Assembly: GCA_046563655.1 (NCBI GenBank)
Contig: CM102284.1
Span: 3,162,001 to 3,226,000 of the forward strand
Length of the DNA stretch: 64,000 nucleotides
Source: Yuukianura sp. NJ FZ-2021
Lineage: Eukaryota
Direction of reading: 5' to 3'
In this document: piece after piece, positions 59,726 to 64,000 of the stretch
How the letters are laid out: each line of letters begins with the position of its first letter
Numbering within the stretch: position 1 is the first letter of the stretch
Made by a program: the position numbers and the translations under genes
Notes under the pieces: model-generated
What the model was told of the DNA's origin: nothing
Seen by the model: the letters and a program-made list of their open reading frames with translations, nothing else
The model's database searches: none

Positions 59726-61367
59726 AAGTTATCTTTAGGCCCATTCTAGACACATTGGGACAAGTGAACCGAACGGTTGAGGCAAGAATTAACTATCCTC
59801 ATTGTAACTGTAGTGCAGCTAATGTAACTCTGCGGTTTGCAGCTTGATGCTTAGAATTGCTGTATACCGTACACCCATAGCCATAACGTGCTCGGCGCTA
59901 ACATTGTAAGTTGTGGGTTATTTATGGAAAGCAAAGGTGCGTTTGTTAGACACAAACACAAGGTAACTAAATAAAACGATGCAACGCTTTACTATGCCCT
60001 ATAAACTAAACAAAAAGTCATTATCGAAATCTGCCTTTTCGAGTTACCTTGGACCTTGCTTGGATAGACAACTTTCGAGCAGTAACAAACTAATCAACTT
60101 CAACACTAGTACATCAAGGTCGTACCAGCGACGGTTGCCATGTCAATTGGTTTGTCCAAGTCCAAACTCATATCAGATTACATAAGCTAAATTAACAAGT
60201 AGTCAGTATTCCGGGCGGCTACAATAGAGACCCACTGTCCTTATGTCATCCTCCCCAAATACATTTTTTGTCGTTCCTTCATTCTTGTCCACGACGAATG
60301 AAAGAAGGGTCTGACTAAAAGTCTGCTTCGACTGAATTTTGAAATTTTAGTATGCACTCTGGCTTTCTCCAGGTTGTACGGTACAACGCATTGCATTGCA
60401 TCCCACTCCCTAGCCCCGGAAACGTTTGTTTCGAAAGGCAATTAAAGTGAAAACAGAGATCCAGGAAGTGTCGAACCATTTCCAAGATAATTGCCGCCAC
60501 TGACGAAAGAACGGCCGGCCGGTCAGACAGACAATGTTCATACATAACATAAAGTATTTAAAAAAAAAGAAAATTAGTAATGGCGTTGGCGTCAACCTGA
60601 GTGAGTACAATGGATACAATTCCCGTTTATGTTTCCCAACTCAGAAGAAAACGAGCCTGCCCGACGACGTTTCCCAGCTCAATCCAAAATTGACTTTTTA
60701 CTTCCTATAGTGGTTATCATAAAAAGCAGCTTGGATTGGTTGGAGGATTGGAGGAAGTCTCTGTCGGCTGTCGCTTGCGTTGATTTCCCACAAAAATTCT
60801 ACCGTTTTCTTTGCTTTTTTAAGTAAGTCGTGGTTTGGCTTTGTGAATTCGGTCTTACACCAAAACTTGAACAGCATAGCATTAGACATAAAATAAGGTT
60901 TACTGAATACTGAATTGTTTCTCCTAGACAAAGTCCGCTGTAAACCATTCAAAACTAAGGTGTCACGAAGGCCTTATTATTAGGAGCCAGTTTATTACTA
61001 CAACCGTCTACGTTACGCTACACTGTAAGACATTTTCCTACATTATTATTTTGTATGGTTTCGGTTTTTATTAACACCAGTCTCAGTTCGTAATTTCAGA
61101 GACTTGGGTTGCTGATTTAATCAACGGGTTGAATACGACGATGATTGCTTCTAAATTGCAAGGCTGAACTTAAGGGACCTTGATGTTTACCACAACATAT
61201 ATCCTCAACAGCTGATGAAAAAATTCTGAAAGTCTTTAAACGAAAGTGTTGCACTAAGCCATGTATCGTCTTATCCAACCATTTGTTAAAAGCTGAGGGT
61301 CGGTTAAGCCCTAGCCCTTGTAAATTACTGTGATGATTTCGAATCTAATTCGTATGTATTCTTAAGG

Positions 61368-64000
<2,633 letters not shown>

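Noticed and set aside
58826-59738. ORFs on both strands in the palindrome
   Set aside because: Artefacts of the foldback element's arms.

Overview
Eukaryotic, AT-rich, gene-dense window with short GT-AG introns, consistent with a compact arthropod genome (springtail-like; taxon is inference). Recognisable genes in order: repo homeobox (+), FICD/Fic AMPylase (+), kinesin-13 KIF2/Klp10A (-), PRDM8/ZNF488-like zinc finger (+), FNDC3/mtgo (-), CSN2/alien (-), carnosine N-methyltransferase (-), BUD13 (+), STAMBP/AMSH (-), NDUFB11 (-), UBA3 (+), STARD7-like (-) and a USP-family deubiquitinase running off the right edge (+). The ORF track does not resolve several things. (1) A 3.7-kb element (49980-53696) bounded by ~35-bp terminal inverted repeats with a candidate 3-bp CTT target duplication; I see no transposase in it, but it carries an intact six-exon orphan gene, a nested MITE-like hairpin and a tRNA-like segment, and it sits between head-to-head NDUFB11 and UBA3. 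(2) A three-exon gene for a secreted 8-cysteine protein of 134 aa, with a perfect paired-class homeodomain P3 palindrome upstream of a TATA-like box. (3) A 753-bp foldback element with a perfect 8-bp TSD between STARD7 and the USP gene. (4) A candidate spliced micro-gene divergent from UBA3. All exon boundaries were read by eye; no database searches were run.
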